Positions 1 to 9,907 are shown, counted from the stretch's first letter. The stretch: 61,757 nucleotides of DNA from Verrucomicrobiota bacterium (GCA_003402695.1 QQNC01000001.1:1-61757), one strand, 5' to 3'. The notes: generated by a model not told the origin, from the sequence alone. Made by a program: numbers and translations.

Positions 1-353
1 CCAAAGTAGCTCGTCATGCCGCCCGCGGCGACGATGAGATAGTCATAGCTGAGCTCGCCGTGCTCGTGAAGAACGCGTTTACCCGGCAGGTCGAAGCCGG
101 TGACCGCCGACATGATGACGGTGAAATTCGGCCGCGCGCCAAAGATCGCGCGGATCGGTTGCGCGATGTCCACGGCCGAGAGTCCCGCCGACGCCACCTG
201 GTAAAGCAGCGGTTGAAACAGATGGTGGTTCTGTTTGTCGATCAGCGTGATACGTGCAAGTTTGCCCGGGAATTTCTGGCAAAACGCCAACCCGCCGAAT
301 CCGGCGCCGACGACCACGATGTGCGGGAGCGGGGCGCGGGGCGTGGTACTCAT
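1..353 (-). CDS. ndh: Type II NADH dehydrogenase (NDH-2), N-terminal ~117 codons; the rest lies beyond the left window edge
   Basis: Own translation of the minus strand from ATG (353-351): MSTTPRAPLPHIVVVGAGFGGLAFCQKF...NHHLFQPLLYQVASAGL...YDYLIVAAGG. It has the GxGxxG dinucleotide fold plus the FQPLLYQV motif typical of NDH-2. It is not in the ORF track because it runs off the window. Confidence 0.8.
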   Translation of the reverse strand, partial: MSTTPRAPLPHIVVVGAGFGGLAFCQKFPGKLARITLIDKQNHHLFQPLLYQVASAGLSAVDIAQPIRAIFGARPNFTVIMSAVTGFDLPGKRVLHEHGELSYDYLIVAAGGMTSYF

Positions 354-456
354 GGTCAGGTAAGGTGGGCTCAGAGACCGCCGATGGCAACGCAGGTGCG
401 GGGAATTTACCGAACTTCTGGTCGGGCGTAGGCCGACTGTTTGCGGCCGCTAACAC

Positions 457-582
457 TCGATTGTCATTGCGAGGTGGCCCGCTCTGGCGGGCCGACGCGG
501 CAAGCCATCCGGATGGATCGCCGCGTTCCGCCAAGCCGGAACTCGCGATGACAATCAATTTTTGCCCCAGACAAATTGATTG
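457..582. repeat. REP-like compound palindrome, family A (arms gattgtcattgcgag / ctcgcgatgacaatc) plus adjacent perfect hairpin
   Basis: Arms at 459-473 and 542-556 (1 mismatch). Internal palindromes ggcccgc..gcgggcc (476-493) and ccatccggatgg (505-516). A second perfect 10-bp inverted repeat, caatcaattt/aaattgattg, lies at 552-582. Confidence 0.8.
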
Positions 583-624
583 TCCTTCCACCCCTCTCAC
601 CGGTTACTCATCCCGAATCGCCCC

Positions 625-921
625 ATGCACGCCCCCACCAACATCCAGCTCATCGGCACCGAGGTCGCGATCGTCTGGGACGACGGCCAGGAGAGCTATT
701 TCGCGGCGGAAAAACTCCGCGCTGCGTCGCCCAGCGCCGAGACTCAGGGCGAGCGGGATATCTTTGGCCACAAGTACGGCGGCGACGGCCCGAAGGCTTT
801 CCCCGGCGTGTCGGTGCTTGGCTGGGAAAAAATCGGCAACTACGCCGTGCGGTTCGACTTCAGCGACGGCCACCGCACGGGGCTGTACAGCTACGATTAC
901 CTCCGGAAATTGTCGGCCTGA
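625..921 (+). CDS. DUF971 (gamma-butyrobetaine hydroxylase N-terminal-like) small protein
   Basis: ORF 580..921. I prefer ATG 625 because 552-582 is a perfect hairpin overlapping the 580 start. The motifs LRAASPSAETQGERD and FSDGHRTGLYSYDYL match the DUF971 family as I recall it. Confidence 0.7.
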   Translation: MHAPTNIQLIGTEVAIVWDDGQESYFAAEKLRAASPSAETQGERDIFGHKYGGDGPKAFPGVSVLGWEKIGNYAVRFDFSDGHRTGLYSYDYLRKLSA

Positions 922-937
922 GTTTTAGCCACAATGA

Positions 938-1025
938 GGCACAAGGGATTTGGGGCTGCGCAGGAGCCACCATTGCGCCTATAGGCGCGCGGGAGAGATT
1001 GCCGAAGCACCGATCCCCTTGTGCC
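938..1025. repeat. REP-like palindrome, family B (ggcacaagggat ... atccccttgtgcc)
   Basis: Outer arms at 938-949 and 1013-1025, with a central perfect palindrome gcgcctataggcgc (975-988). A related copy lies at 45892-45946. Confidence 0.8.
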
Positions 1026-1087
1026 TTTTTGTGGCCATCAATCCGGTGCTTGCCTCAGCTGGTCACCCGGCAAACCTTCCTCTTCCC

Positions 1088-1549
1088 ATGAGCACGTTCA
1101 TCTTCCCCGCCCGCACCACCTCCGCCGAGATCGAGCTCGGCACCACGCTGCAGCCGAAGTTCGGCCCCGACGGGCTGCTCCCCTGCATCACAACCGACCA
1201 CATCACGAACGAGGTGCTCATGTTCGCGTTCATGAACCCCGAGGCGCTCGCCCTCACCCTTTCATCGGGCAAGGCCACCTACTGGAGCCGCTCCCGTAAC
1301 AAGCTCTGGATCAAGGGCGAGGAGTCAGGCAATGCCCAGATTGTGAAGGAGTTGCGCGTGGACTGCGACCAGGACGTGATCCTGCTCAAGGTCGAGAACG
1401 TCGGCGGCGCCGCGTGCCACAACGGCTATCCCTCCTGTTTTTACCGCAAGCTCTCCGATGGCGCGACCGTGGCCGATCCGGCATCGCTGAAGCTCGAACT
1501 GACGGCGCGCCGGGTGTTCGACCCGGCGACGGTGTACAAAAAGAAGTAG
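1088..1549 (+). CDS. hisI: Phosphoribosyl-AMP cyclohydrolase
   Basis: ORF 950..1549. The start is set at ATG 1088 because 938-1025 is a REP element. [19 protein letters not shown]...[12 protein letters not shown]...[13 protein letters not shown] is the PRA-CH signature. Confidence 0.9.
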   Translation: MSTFIFPARTTSAEIELGTTLQPKFGPDGLLPCITTDHITNEVLMFAFMNPEALALTLSSGKATYWSRSRNKLWIKGEESGNAQIVKELRVDCDQDVILLKVENVGGAACHNGYPSCFYRKLSDGATVADPASLKLELTARRVFDPATVYKKK

Positions 1550-1573
1550 GGCGCGGTCTCTGACCCGCCCTAC
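1546..1573. repeat. REP-like hairpin, family J (gtagggcg ... cgccctac)
   Basis: gtagggcgcggtctctgacccgccctac. It contains the hisI stop codon TAG (1547-1549). A related copy is at 9908-9930. Confidence 0.7.
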
Positions 1574-1582
1574 TCCATTCCC

Positions 1583-2371
1583 TCAGCTCGCACCCGGCGT
1601 GAGGCCGCGCTCGCTAGTCTTGGCGAAGGTGATCACGCGCTGGAACTCCGCAGTCGCGGCGTGCTCGTGGGCGGCGAGTTTCTCGAGCGCCTGCGAGCGG
1701 TTGAGGCCGTCGCGGTAGAGGATGCGGTAAATCTGCTTCACGCGCTCGAGCTGCTCGGCGGTGTGACCGCTGCGCTCGAGGCCGACCTTGTTGAAGGCGC
1801 GCACCTCAGCCGGCGTGCCGTCGGCGATGAAATACGGCGGCAGGTCCTGCACGAGCTTGGCCATGGCCGAGAGCATCGCGTAGGCGCCGATGCGGCAGAA
1901 CTGGTGAATGCCCGCGGCGCCGCCGATGACCACGTGGTCCTCGACCGTCACATGACCGGCCATCGAGATCGCATTGCTCATGACGATGTGGCTGCCGAGC
2001 ACGCAGTCATGCGCGATGTGCGCATACGCCAGCACCGTGTTGTCGGAGCCGAGCGTGGTGTACTCGCCATCGTGGGTGGCGGCGTTGACGGTGACAAACT
2101 CGCGAAACACGTTGCGGTCGCCCGCGCGCAGGCCGGGACGGCCGCCCTGGTACTTCAAATCCTGCGTCTTGCCGCCGATGCACGCGTAGGGGTAGACCTC
2201 GCACTTCGCGCCCAAGGTCGTGAATCCCTCGACCGAGGCGTGGTGGTGCAGCTTGGTGCCGGCCCCGAGCACGACCCCGGCGCCGACGTAGGCGAGGGCG
2301 CCGATCTCCACCCCGGAGCCAAGCTGCGCCCCGGGCTCCACAACGGCGGTCGGATGAATGGTCGGCGCCAT
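1583..2371 (-). CDS. lpxA: Acyl-ACP--UDP-N-acetylglucosamine O-acyltransferase
   Basis: 262 aa. N-terminal left-handed beta-helix hexapeptide repeats (IHPTAVVEPGAQLGSGVEIG...) and the C-terminal helical LpxA domain (NKVGLERSG...YRILYR). Confidence 0.92.
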   Translation of the reverse strand: MAPTIHPTAVVEPGAQLGSGVEIGALAYVGAGVVLGAGTKLHHHASVEGFTTLGAKCEVYPYACIGGKTQDLKYQGGRPGLRAGDRNVFREFVTVNAATHDGEYTTLGSDNTVLAYAHIAHDCVLGSHIVMSNAISMAGHVTVEDHVVIGGAAGIHQFCRIGAYAMLSAMAKLVQDLPPYFIADGTPAEVRAFNKVGLERSGHTAEQLERVKQIYRILYRDGLNRSQALEKLAAHEHAATAEFQRVITFAKTSERGLTPGAS

Positions 2372-2375
2372 GGAC

Positions 2376-3719
2376 TTACTCGGTGTCCTCCTCGATCACG
2401 GCAAACATCATCTCGGCGGACGAGACCACCTGGCCATCCACGGTGCAATTGGCCTCGGCCATCGCCATCTTTTCGCCGCGGTACTTCACGATTTTCGCGT
2501 TGATGATGAGCTGGTCGCCGGGCCGCACGGGCTTCCGGAACTTCACCTTGTCCGCGCTCATGAAGAACGCGGCCTTGCCGGCATTGTTCGCGCGGCGGAG
2601 CATCACGATACCGGCCGCCTGGGCCATGGCCTCGAGCTGCAGCACGCCGGGCATGACGGGATTCGCCGAGCGGGTGGCGCTGGCGGGAAAGTGACCGTTG
2701 AAGTACGGCTCGTTGATCGTGACGTTCTTGATCGCGACCAGCTCGTCCTGGCCGATGAACTCCACCACGCGGTCGAGCATGACGAACGGATAGCGGTGCG
2801 GCAGCGTGTCGAGGATGCGCCGGATATCCAACGACGTCTCGGTCGGGAGCACGCCGGCGGGACGGGGCTTTTTCTTCGGGCCCTTCTTGCGCTCCTCCAG
2901 CTTGGCGAACAACGCCTTGGTGAGCTCGGCGTTGATCGCGTGGCCCGGGCGGGTGGCGATGATGTGCGCCTTGAGCGGCATGCCCAGCAGCGTGATGTCG
3001 CCGATGATATCGAGGATCTTGTGGCGGACGAACTCGTCTTTGAACCGGAGGGGCTCCTTCGAGATGATCTTGTCGCCCTTGATGACGACGGCGCAGTCCA
3101 GCGAGCCGCCTTTGATCTTGCCGAGCTTCAGCAGCTCCTCGATGTCCTCGTAAATCGTGAAGGTCCGCGCCGCCGCAATCTGGGTCATGTACCGATCGGG
3201 ATCGATCGTCAGCGAGAGGTGCTGCGTGTGGATGCCGCGGTTGTCCGCCGAGGTGCAGGAAATCTTCAGTTCGTCACAGGGCAGTGCGATGATGGACGAA
3301 TCGCCCTTCGTGACCGACACCGCCGCATCGAGGGTGAAATACTCGCGCTCCTTGTCCTGCTCCACCGGCTCGCCCTGCAGGATCATGTTCACATAGGGCT
3401 TGGCGGAGCCGTCCATGATCGGGGGCTCGGAGGCGTTCATCTCGAGGATGACGTTGTCCACGCCGCAGCCGCTCAGGGCGCTCAGGACGTGCTCAACGGT
3501 GTGGATCTTCGCATGGCCCGACTGGATGGTCGTGGCCCGCACCAGGTCGGTCACGTCGGCGATCCGCGGCCGCAGCTCCGGGCTGCCGTTAAGGTCGATG
3601 CGTTTGAACACGATGCCATGGTCCGCCGGGGCGGGCTTCATCGTCAGCGTGACCGCCTCGCCCGTGTGCAGCGCGCTGCCTTGGATCGAGACCTCGCGCG
3701 CGAGGGTGCGTTGTTTCAT
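2376..3719 (-). CDS. lpxC: Bifunctional UDP-3-O-acyl-GlcNAc deacetylase / 3-hydroxyacyl-ACP dehydratase (LpxC-FabZ fusion)
   Basis: 447 aa. The N-terminal part looks like LpxC ([18 protein letters not shown]...TVEHVLSAL). A Lys/Pro-rich linker follows, then a FabZ hot-dog domain ([13 protein letters not shown]...[11 protein letters not shown]...[11 protein letters not shown]). Confidence 0.92.
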   Translation of the reverse strand: MKQRTLAREVSIQGSALHTGEAVTLTMKPAPADHGIVFKRIDLNGSPELRPRIADVTDLVRATTIQSGHAKIHTVEHVLSALSGCGVDNVILEMNASEPPIMDGSAKPYVNMILQGEPVEQDKEREYFTLDAAVSVTKGDSSIIALPCDELKISCTSADNRGIHTQHLSLTIDPDRYMTQIAAARTFTIYEDIEELLKLGKIKGGSLDCAVVIKGDKIISKEPLRFKDEFVRHKILDIIGDITLLGMPLKAHIIATRPGHAINAELTKALFAKLEERKKGPKKKPRPAGVLPTETSLDIRRILDTLPHRYPFVMLDRVVEFIGQDELVAIKNVTINEPYFNGHFPASATRSANPVMPGVLQLEAMAQAAGIVMLRRANNAGKAAFFMSADKVKFRKPVRPGDQLIINAKIVKYRGEKMAMAEANCTVDGQVVSSAEMMFAVIEEDTE

Positions 3720-3854
3720 AGGGTTGCAACAGTCTCGGAAACCCGCCCCGAGGAGCGCAAGCGCGATGTGGCGCGCGGCCTTGACAGCCCCGGAGCCGTT
3801 TCCCCACTGTTGACCCTTTCACCACTTAAAACCCGTCTTCAACCGCCCTCCGTC

Positions 3855-4412
3855 ATGCCCGCAGCCAACGACATCCGCAAAGGCCAAGTCATCAAGTTCA
3901 ACGGCGAGCCCCACCTCGTCATGGAAACCCAGCACCGCACGCCGGGCAACCTTCGCGCGTTCGTGCAGGTCAAGATGCGCAATCTGCGCTACGGCAAGGC
4001 CCTCGACCAGCGTTTCGCCTCGACCGACACGATCGAGGTCCTCCCGACGGAGAAAAAGTCCCTCGAGTTCAGCTACGCCGACCGCGAGGCGTTCGCGTTC
4101 ATCGACCCCGACACCTTCGAGCAGATCGAGCTCAGCGCGGAGTTGCTGGGCGACAGCAAGCATTACCTGACCGCCGGCGGCAAAGTGGACGTCCTGTTCG
4201 TCGACGAGAAGCCCCTCACCCTCGAACTGCCGTCCACGGTGGCGCTGAAGGTGATCGAGAGCTCCGACGGCATCAAGGGCGACACCGCCAGCAACGTCCA
4301 GAAGCCCGCCAAGCTCGAGACCGGCCTCATGGTCCAGGTCCCGCTCTTCATCAAGGAAGGCGAGATCATCAAGGTCAGCACCGCCGACGGCAGCTACCTC
4401 GGGCGGGTTTGA
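3855..4412 (+). CDS. efp: Elongation factor P
   Basis: Real start is ATG 3855 inside the artefactual 684-aa ORF 2358..4412. MPAANDIRKGQVIKFNGEPHLVMETQHRTPGNLRAFVQVKMRNL... has typical EF-P length (185 aa) and sequence. Confidence 0.95.
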   Translation: MPAANDIRKGQVIKFNGEPHLVMETQHRTPGNLRAFVQVKMRNLRYGKALDQRFASTDTIEVLPTEKKSLEFSYADREAFAFIDPDTFEQIELSAELLGDSKHYLTAGGKVDVLFVDEKPLTLELPSTVALKVIESSDGIKGDTASNVQKPAKLETGLMVQVPLFIKEGEIIKVSTADGSYLGRV

Positions 4413-4515
4413 GCAGAAGGAGGAATTAGGAGTTAAGAATGAGGAAGCCGGGCCGGCGGTTGGGTGCTGAAAACCGCTGCCTTCTCCGGCCTTCTTAATT
4501 CCTAAATCGGAATTC
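4413..4515. repeat. Imperfect palindromic region between convergent efp and carbonic anhydrase genes (family H, aggaatta / taattcct)
   Basis: aggaattaggagttaagaa...ttcttaattcctaaatcggaattc. It probably also acts as a bidirectional terminator-like structure. A similar aggaattaggattga motif occurs at ~45970. Confidence 0.55.
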
Positions 4516-4519
4516 TAAA

Positions 4520-5164
4520 TTACTTCGAAAGCGCCGCCACGGCGCTCGCGTAGTTCGCGGCCGCATCCTTGAGGTTGTTCGCGGAGCAAGCGAGGTCGTG
4601 CATCCGGCCGTCCCGCAGCCCGTAGATCCAGCCGTGCACCGTCAGCTCCTGGCCGCGGGCCCAGGCGTCGCGCACGATGGAGGTTTGCCAGACGTTGGCC
4701 ACTTGCTCGATCACGTTGAATTCGCAGAGCCGCGCACTGCGGGCGGTCTCCTCCAGCTGGCAGAGGCACCCCTGGTGCTTCTCCGACACGTCCTGCACAT
4801 GGCGCAGCCAGTTGTCGGCCAGCCCCACCCGCTCGCAGCGGACCACCGCCCGCACGCCGCCGCAGCCGTAATGGCCCACCACCATGATGTGCTTTACCTT
4901 GAGCAGATCCACGGCGAACTGGATCACGGAAAGGCAGTTCAAGTCGGTGTGCACCACGACGTTGGCGATGTTGCGATGCACGAAGACCTCGCCGGGCAGC
5001 AGGCCGATGATCTCGTTCGCCGGCACCCGGCTGTCCGAGCAGCCGATCCAGAGGTGTTCCGGGTTCTGCTGGCGGGAGAGTTTCTCGAAGAACTGCGGAT
5101 CCTTCTTCCGGATGGCGTCGGCCCAATCCTGATTCTGCTTAAACAGATGCGGCAACGTGTCCAT
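4520..5164 (-). CDS. Beta-class carbonic anhydrase
   Basis: ORF 4520..5230. The start is probably ATG 5164 (MDTLPHLFKQNQDWA). CSDSRVP...HYGCGGV are the zinc-ligand motifs of beta-CA. Confidence 0.9.
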   Translation of the reverse strand: MDTLPHLFKQNQDWADAIRKKDPQFFEKLSRQQNPEHLWIGCSDSRVPANEIIGLLPGEVFVHRNIANVVVHTDLNCLSVIQFAVDLLKVKHIMVVGHYGCGGVRAVVRCERVGLADNWLRHVQDVSEKHQGCLCQLEETARSARLCEFNVIEQVANVWQTSIVRDAWARGQELTVHGWIYGLRDGRMHDLACSANNLKDAAANYASAVAALSK

Positions 5165-5372
5165 GCGTGTCGCATGCTCGAAACCCTGTGGTAATTGTCC
5201 ACCCCGAATCCCGGGCAGTTGCCCGGTCATTTAACCCATAAAATGGCACGGCTAGGAGGCCGGCGGTGGTCGGACACGTCCCGAGCCGTATCTGAGGGCC
5301 TTGAACGAGCGCTAAAAATGCGGCGGTTTCTGCATTGCCCACGCCAAGTCGCCCGGCACACTGGGCGACCTT

Positions 5373-6104
5373 ATGGGACGTCAGTGGCTCCACGCGAAAC
5401 GCGCGATCGTCAACCTCAAGAAAGGCCAGACGGTCGGCAAACTGGTCAAGGAAATCACCGTCGCGGCCAAGCTTGGCGGCGCCGATCTGGGTGGCAACGC
5501 CCGGCTCTTCGCCGTGGTCGAAAAGGCCCGCAAGGCGAGCGTCACCCGGGATGCGATCGAGCGCGCCATCGCCAAGGGCGCCGGCACGAGCAGCGACAAG
5601 AGCGCCCTCGAGCACGTCATCTTCGAGGGCTACGCGCCGCACAAGGTGCCGGTCATCGTCGAGGTGTACACCGACAACCACCAGCGCACCGCCCCCGACA
5701 TCCGCCAACTCTTCCGCCGCGGCATCCTCGGCCACGCCGGCAGCAACAAGTTCCTGTTTGAACACGTGGGCCTCGTGGAAGCGCACCACGCCGACCTGGC
5801 CATCGACCGCGAGGCCGCCGCCATCGAGGCGGGCGCCAACGAGGTCGAGGCGATCTCCCACGAGCAGAACGATGACCTTCCCGAAGGCCGCGCCGGGGCG
5901 CGCTTCATTTGCGACCGCACGGCCGTGCACTCGGTTTCGGTCTGGCTCGCGAAGAACGGCTGGACCGTCATCACGAGCGAAATCGGCCACCTCGCCAAGA
6001 CCTTCCCCGAACTGAGCGATGCCGATCGCGCCGACGTCGGCGAATTCCTCCAAGCCATCGAAGACCACGACGACGTCCAGCGCGTCTGGGCCGCGGTGAA
6101 GTAA
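5373..6104 (+). CDS. YebC/PmpR-family DNA-binding regulatory protein
   Basis: 243 aa. VKEITVAAKLGG.D...NARL...VEKARKASV.RD.IERAI.KG and EGYAP..V.VIVE..TDN..RT follow the YebC/TACO1 pattern. Confidence 0.85.
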   Translation: MGRQWLHAKRAIVNLKKGQTVGKLVKEITVAAKLGGADLGGNARLFAVVEKARKASVTRDAIERAIAKGAGTSSDKSALEHVIFEGYAPHKVPVIVEVYTDNHQRTAPDIRQLFRRGILGHAGSNKFLFEHVGLVEAHHADLAIDREAAAIEAGANEVEAISHEQNDDLPEGRAGARFICDRTAVHSVSVWLAKNGWTVITSEIGHLAKTFPELSDADRADVGEFLQAIEDHDDVQRVWAAVK

Positions 6105-6209
6105 TCCGAAATCTGTATTTGCAGGCGATTACGGAGAAAACTGAGGTAATCCGGAATCAATATTCCGAAACTCCGTTCCCTCCGTACCCTCCTGTAAAAT
6201 TCCTCTTTT

Positions 6210-6446
6210 ATGCCCACGCCCAACATCCCGCAAAAGTCGCCCATCGTTAAGGAAATGCCTCCCGGCACCTATTGGTGGTGCACCTGCGGCAATTCCAAGA
6301 ATCAGCCGTTCTGCGACGGCGGGCACAAGGGCACCGGCTTCACCCCGCACAAGACGGAGCTGACCGAGACCAAGACCGTGGCGTGGTGCGCCTGCAAGCA
6401 CTCGAAGAACGGCCCGTTCTGCGACGGCTCGCACAAGGCGCTCTGA
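6210..6446 (+). CDS. CDGSH iron-sulfur domain protein (two CDGSH motifs)
   Basis: 78 aa with CTCGNSKNQPFCDGGH and CACKHSKNGPFCDGSH. Confidence 0.85.
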   Translation: MPTPNIPQKSPIVKEMPPGTYWWCTCGNSKNQPFCDGGHKGTGFTPHKTELTETKTVAWCACKHSKNGPFCDGSHKAL

Positions 6447-6467
6447 GCTCTGCCCCAGGCGCCGGGC

Positions 6468-7415
6468 TCAGCAGATCATCCCGCGCTTCGCCGCGACCCC
6501 GTGGCCGATGGGGTTCTCTCCGATCCAGCGGTCGTCGATCGGCTCGGAGGCCGGCTGGTAGCGCGTGTCGGTCGAGAACCGGAAAAAGTGCGTCTGGTTG
6601 TCGAGGCTGGCGTGCACCGTGCGCATGCCGAAGATCAGCAAGTCGCCCATCCGGTACTCCGTGCTCAGCCAGCGGCCGCCCAGGTGTTCGCGCAAGCTGT
6701 AGGGGTTGTTCGAGAGCACCCCGCCCCACTTCCAGGGAATTTCGCCGGCCTTGATCTTCGGCCCCTCGGGCCGGTTTTCGCAGTAGGTGTCCACGTCGCG
6801 GTTGAGATAATTCTTCAACCGCTCCGCTTGGCGGTGCGAGCCCTCCAGCACCATCAGCCCACCGATGTCATAGCTGATGTCGCCGTACGGCACCCACAGG
6901 GAACAAAGCCGGGAGCTACCCCGACCCATGTAAACGTTGTCGCAGTGCGGATCCGTGCCAAAGCCCTTCCCCATCGTGCGCACCCAGGTGAAATCGAAGT
7001 GCCGGATGCTCTCACCAAAGAAACCCTCGAACAGACCGATGATTTTCCCCGAGTACAGCAGCCGTTGCATCGCGGCATTGGGTTTCGCCAGCGAATTCAT
7101 GAACTCCACCGCGGGACGTGGATCCGCAAGGAAACTCATGTCGGCGCCGGTCTTTTTCACCGCCTCGATCGCCGGATAGGCCGGATCTAGCAAGCCCTGC
7201 TCCGCGAGTTTTTGGGTGATGTGCCGCCGCGCCTCAAGGATGTCGGCCCGCGCGAAGAAACCGGGAATGAACAGGTAGCCGTCCTCGTCGAACCGCTGCC
7301 GCAGCGCCGCGAAGTCCGTCAGCACGTCATCCGAGCGGCGCAGTTCGCCAAACGAGCTTTCCGTCAGGTCCAAGGCGTGGCCTTTGGCCAGGATCCGGGG
7401 TAACGTTGCGTGCAT
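6468..7415 (-). CDS. Phytanoyl-CoA dioxygenase (PhyH) family Fe(II)/2-oxoglutarate oxygenase
   Basis: ORF 6468..7604. The start is set at ATG 7415 (MHATLPRIL...) because the upstream 63 codons run through a REP element. It has the DGYLFIPGFF opening and the HCD..Y ... H facial-triad-like pattern of PhyH proteins. Confidence 0.72.
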   Translation of the reverse strand: MHATLPRILAKGHALDLTESSFGELRRSDDVLTDFAALRQRFDEDGYLFIPGFFARADILEARRHITQKLAEQGLLDPAYPAIEAVKKTGADMSFLADPRPAVEFMNSLAKPNAAMQRLLYSGKIIGLFEGFFGESIRHFDFTWVRTMGKGFGTDPHCDNVYMGRGSSRLCSLWVPYGDISYDIGGLMVLEGSHRQAERLKNYLNRDVDTYCENRPEGPKIKAGEIPWKWGGVLSNNPYSLREHLGGRWLSTEYRMGDLLIFGMRTVHASLDNQTHFFRFSTDTRYQPASEPIDDRWIGENPIGHGVAAKRGMIC

Positions 7416-7513
7416 GGGAAATTCTCGCGGAGGCGGGGTTCGAGACTCGGCCTGCACCTTGCTTTGCCCCGGCCGCGCTCGCAACCCTTTAGATTGTGCG
7501 CGGCTCGCCGGTC

Positions 7514-7573
7514 GTAGGTCGGGCTGCACGCCCGACGTGCCTTGTCTGATGTCGGGCGTAAAGCCCGACCTAC
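7514..7573. repeat. REP-like double hairpin, family C (gtaggtcgggc...gcccgacctac)
   Basis: Two hairpins, gtcgggctgcacgcccgac (7518-7536) and gtcgggcgtaaagcccgac (7551-7569), flanked by gtag/ctac. It overlaps the stop codon (7570-7572) of the 184-aa gene. Confidence 0.8.
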
Positions 7574-8124
7574 ATCCGACCAATCCCCGGGTACAGCTCC
7601 GCAAACCGCAGCCAGGTGTCGCTCTCGAGCTCCGGCGCGTTGGACCGCACGATGTTCAGCGTCACCTGCAGCTCGAGCATCGCCTTGGCGAACGCCGCAC
7701 GCAGGGCCTTGTCCTTCCCCGCCACCGTGTTCCGCAGCACCGTGGTCGTGACCGGCTCCACCTTCACCAGCGAGTAAATCTTTCGCGCCATCACGCTGCA
7801 CTCCTCCACCGGCTGATGCACCTTCGGGTAATGCGTCTTCGCCAGGTATTCGAGGGTCATCAGCGCGGCCTTCCCGTGCTCGTCCTTGCCGTAGAAAATC
7901 TCGTCCGGAAACTCCGCCGGCAGCTGGTTTTTCCAGCTCCACACGGCGCCGATTTTCTTGCCCCAGCCTTTTTCACCCGGCTGTTTCTCCGGCAGATCCA
8001 CGGCATCCCAAAGGTTCGGTCCGGGCTTTTTCCGGTCGGCGAAGATCGCGCACTTACCCACCGCCACCACAAACGCCTGGGCCTGCGCGAGGGTCTTGAG
8101 CCGGTATTTACGCGGGGCTTTCAT
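7570..8124 (-). CDS. Hypothetical protein (184 aa), no confident family assignment
   Basis: Clean ORF with coding-like composition, flanked by REP elements at both ends. There is a faint resemblance to winged-helix repair proteins (AlkZ/YcaQ-like), but not enough to call. Confidence 0.5.
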   Translation of the reverse strand: MKAPRKYRLKTLAQAQAFVVAVGKCAIFADRKKPGPNLWDAVDLPEKQPGEKGWGKKIGAVWSWKNQLPAEFPDEIFYGKDEHGKAALMTLEYLAKTHYPKVHQPVEECSVMARKIYSLVKVEPVTTTVLRNTVAGKDKALRAAFAKAMLELQVTLNIVRSNAPELESDTWLRFAELYPGIGRM

Positions 8125-8153
8125 CCTTCAACGATTACCAATTCGATCGATTT

Positions 8154-8220
8154 ACAGAAGGTCGCAAAGGAAGCAAAGGTCGGAAATCAGGCTTTCTTCG
8201 CGTCCTTTGCGATCTTCTGT
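8154..8220. repeat. REP-like palindrome, family D (acagaaggtcgcaaagga / tcctttgcgatcttctgt)
   Basis: 18-bp arms with 1 mismatch. A related copy is at 19134-19208. Confidence 0.8.
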
Positions 8221-8225
8221 AAAAA

Positions 8226-9782
8226 TCAGTGTTCCGGTCCGACTACCTTTATCGTCTGTGTGGCGGTAAACACCCCACCCTCCGTATCGGTCGCACGCAC
8301 CTCGATTGTGTGCTCCCCCGCCGACAGGTCGGCCGGCAGGTACGCACGCCAAAGGTGGTAGCAGACGGTCGGATCGGGCAGCCGCTTTTCCGTCAGCGGC
8401 GCGGTGGCGGCATCCTGCGCGAGGTAGCGCTGGGCGTAGGATGGATCCCATTCGAGCACATGCTTCATCGCGTTGAAGGTCCGGCTGTCGAGGCGCGACT
8501 CGACCTTCCAGCTGTCGTGGCCGTTGAAAACGTTGGCGAAATAAGAAACGTAGCCGAGCCGGGCTTTCACCGCTTCCGGGGCATGCAGGCCAATCTGGTG
8601 ACTGGCGGGTTCGCGGGCCGCGCGGTAGTCCGCGCTGATCTTGTCTCCCTCCACGATGAGCACGGCATAACCGTGCGGCGTACCATCCCACATCGTGGCG
8701 ACCGGGATGCCGCTGGCATCGGGTGGACCGCCCCAGAAACCACCGCAGGCGGCGGCCACGTTATACTCGTGCAGCGGCGAAGCACCCTTCCAGCCGTCGG
8801 CGGTGCCGTAGAACACGTGCCGCTGGTAATGCGTGTGGCCGGACAGCCAGAAATTGTGCGGCCGGTTCTGCAGCAGCGCAAAGAGCCGCGCCCGGTCGGC
8901 GAGCCGGAAGGTCTCGGCGTTCGACGGGTTCGGATAAAACCCGCTCGACACGCTCGGGGTAAACCACGGGATATGCATCATCAGCACCACGGGTTCGTCG
9001 CGCGGCGTCACGCGCAGCAGGTTCTCCAGAAACGTCAGCTGGTCCGCCCGCAATCCGCCGACGTACCGCGGTCCGCCCATGAAGCGCACGTCATTGAGCG
9101 CGACAAACAGCACCCGGCCGTAGTGAAACGCATAGGTGGACGGGCCGTAGACCGCCTCGAAGCTCGCACTGGCGCCGCGATCGTCAGGCGTGTCCAGATC
9201 GAGGTCATGGTTGCCGTTGAGGTTGTACCACGGGACACCGATCCGGCCCATCACCGCGTTGAGCGGCGCGAACAAATCATGCCGGTCGTACACCACGTCG
9301 CCGAGAGTCACGCCAAACGCGTAGTCCTTCGTCCCCGCCAGCCGGCCCACCAGCGTGCGCTCGAGGTAACCGACTTCTTTCCCCGAGGCGGGCTGCGGGT
9401 CCGTGAAAATCAGCGCGCGAAACCGGTCCGGCTCCGCACCCGCGATCAACGGAAAATCCACCGCCGCCGCCGCGGCCGGCTCCCGCCGCCGGTAGAACTG
9501 CGGGAGTTGCTGCAGGTTCACGGCCGGATGCCAGTCCCTCGGCTTGATGACGAAAATCATGGCGCCGTCCGCCGCGGCCAGTTGGTAGTGCCCGGCCGCA
9601 TCACTCAGTGCCACCGCCGTGCCGTCGGAGACCGCCACGCCGGCCAAACCGAGTTCGCCAACGTCGTGGAGGCCGTTCGCATTGCGGTCCTCAAATACCG
9701 TGCCGCTCACCGGGGCCGCCGCGGCCTTCACCACTGCCAGCAATCCCAGACCCAACGCAGCGGACAAGCGGAGTGAAACCAT
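8226..9782 (-). CDS. Secreted calcineurin-like metallophosphoesterase with N- and C-terminal accessory domains
   Basis: ORF 8226..9917. The start is set at ATG 9782, giving the signal peptide MVSLRLSAALGLGLLAVVKAAAAP. Metallophosphatase motifs present: GDVVYD, NGNHDLDLD, MHIP, SGHTHY. Confidence 0.8.
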   Translation of the reverse strand: MVSLRLSAALGLGLLAVVKAAAAPVSGTVFEDRNANGLHDVGELGLAGVAVSDGTAVALSDAAGHYQLAAADGAMIFVIKPRDWHPAVNLQQLPQFYRRREPAAAAAVDFPLIAGAEPDRFRALIFTDPQPASGKEVGYLERTLVGRLAGTKDYAFGVTLGDVVYDRHDLFAPLNAVMGRIGVPWYNLNGNHDLDLDTPDDRGASASFEAVYGPSTYAFHYGRVLFVALNDVRFMGGPRYVGGLRADQLTFLENLLRVTPRDEPVVLMMHIPWFTPSVSSGFYPNPSNAETFRLADRARLFALLQNRPHNFWLSGHTHYQRHVFYGTADGWKGASPLHEYNVAAACGGFWGGPPDASGIPVATMWDGTPHGYAVLIVEGDKISADYRAAREPASHQIGLHAPEAVKARLGYVSYFANVFNGHDSWKVESRLDSRTFNAMKHVLEWDPSYAQRYLAQDAATAPLTEKRLPDPTVCYHLWRAYLPADLSAGEHTIEVRATDTEGGVFTATQTIKVVGPEH

Positions 9783-9907
9783 GCCGCGAGCAAAGCGCCA
9801 CCCGTGTTCGGGTCGAGTCCGATGTCGGGCGGATTCGCCGAACCCCGCCGGTGGGTTCTGCGCGCTGACGCGAAATGTTGCCTGCCAGCGGGCAACCCAC
9901 CCGGAAT

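Noticed and set aside
79-1091. ORFs 79..600(-), 254..928(+) and 576..1091(+) in the ndh-DUF971-hisI intergenic area
   Set aside because: They run through REP palindromes and overlap the motif-bearing ndh and DUF971 frames. No family features.
2358-4412. 684-aa ORF on the + strand spanning the lpxC-fabZ locus and efp
   Set aside because: Its first ~500 codons are the antisense shadow of lpxC-fabZ in high-GC DNA (Arg/Ala/Gly/Leu-rich, no motifs). Only the last 185 codons, from ATG 3855, are EF-P.
5241-5260. TGGCAC at ~5243 as a sigma-54 promoter between the carbonic anhydrase and yebC-like genes
   Set aside because: The downstream element is ggagg rather than TTGC at the required 5-nt spacing, so it does not fit the -24/-12 consensus.
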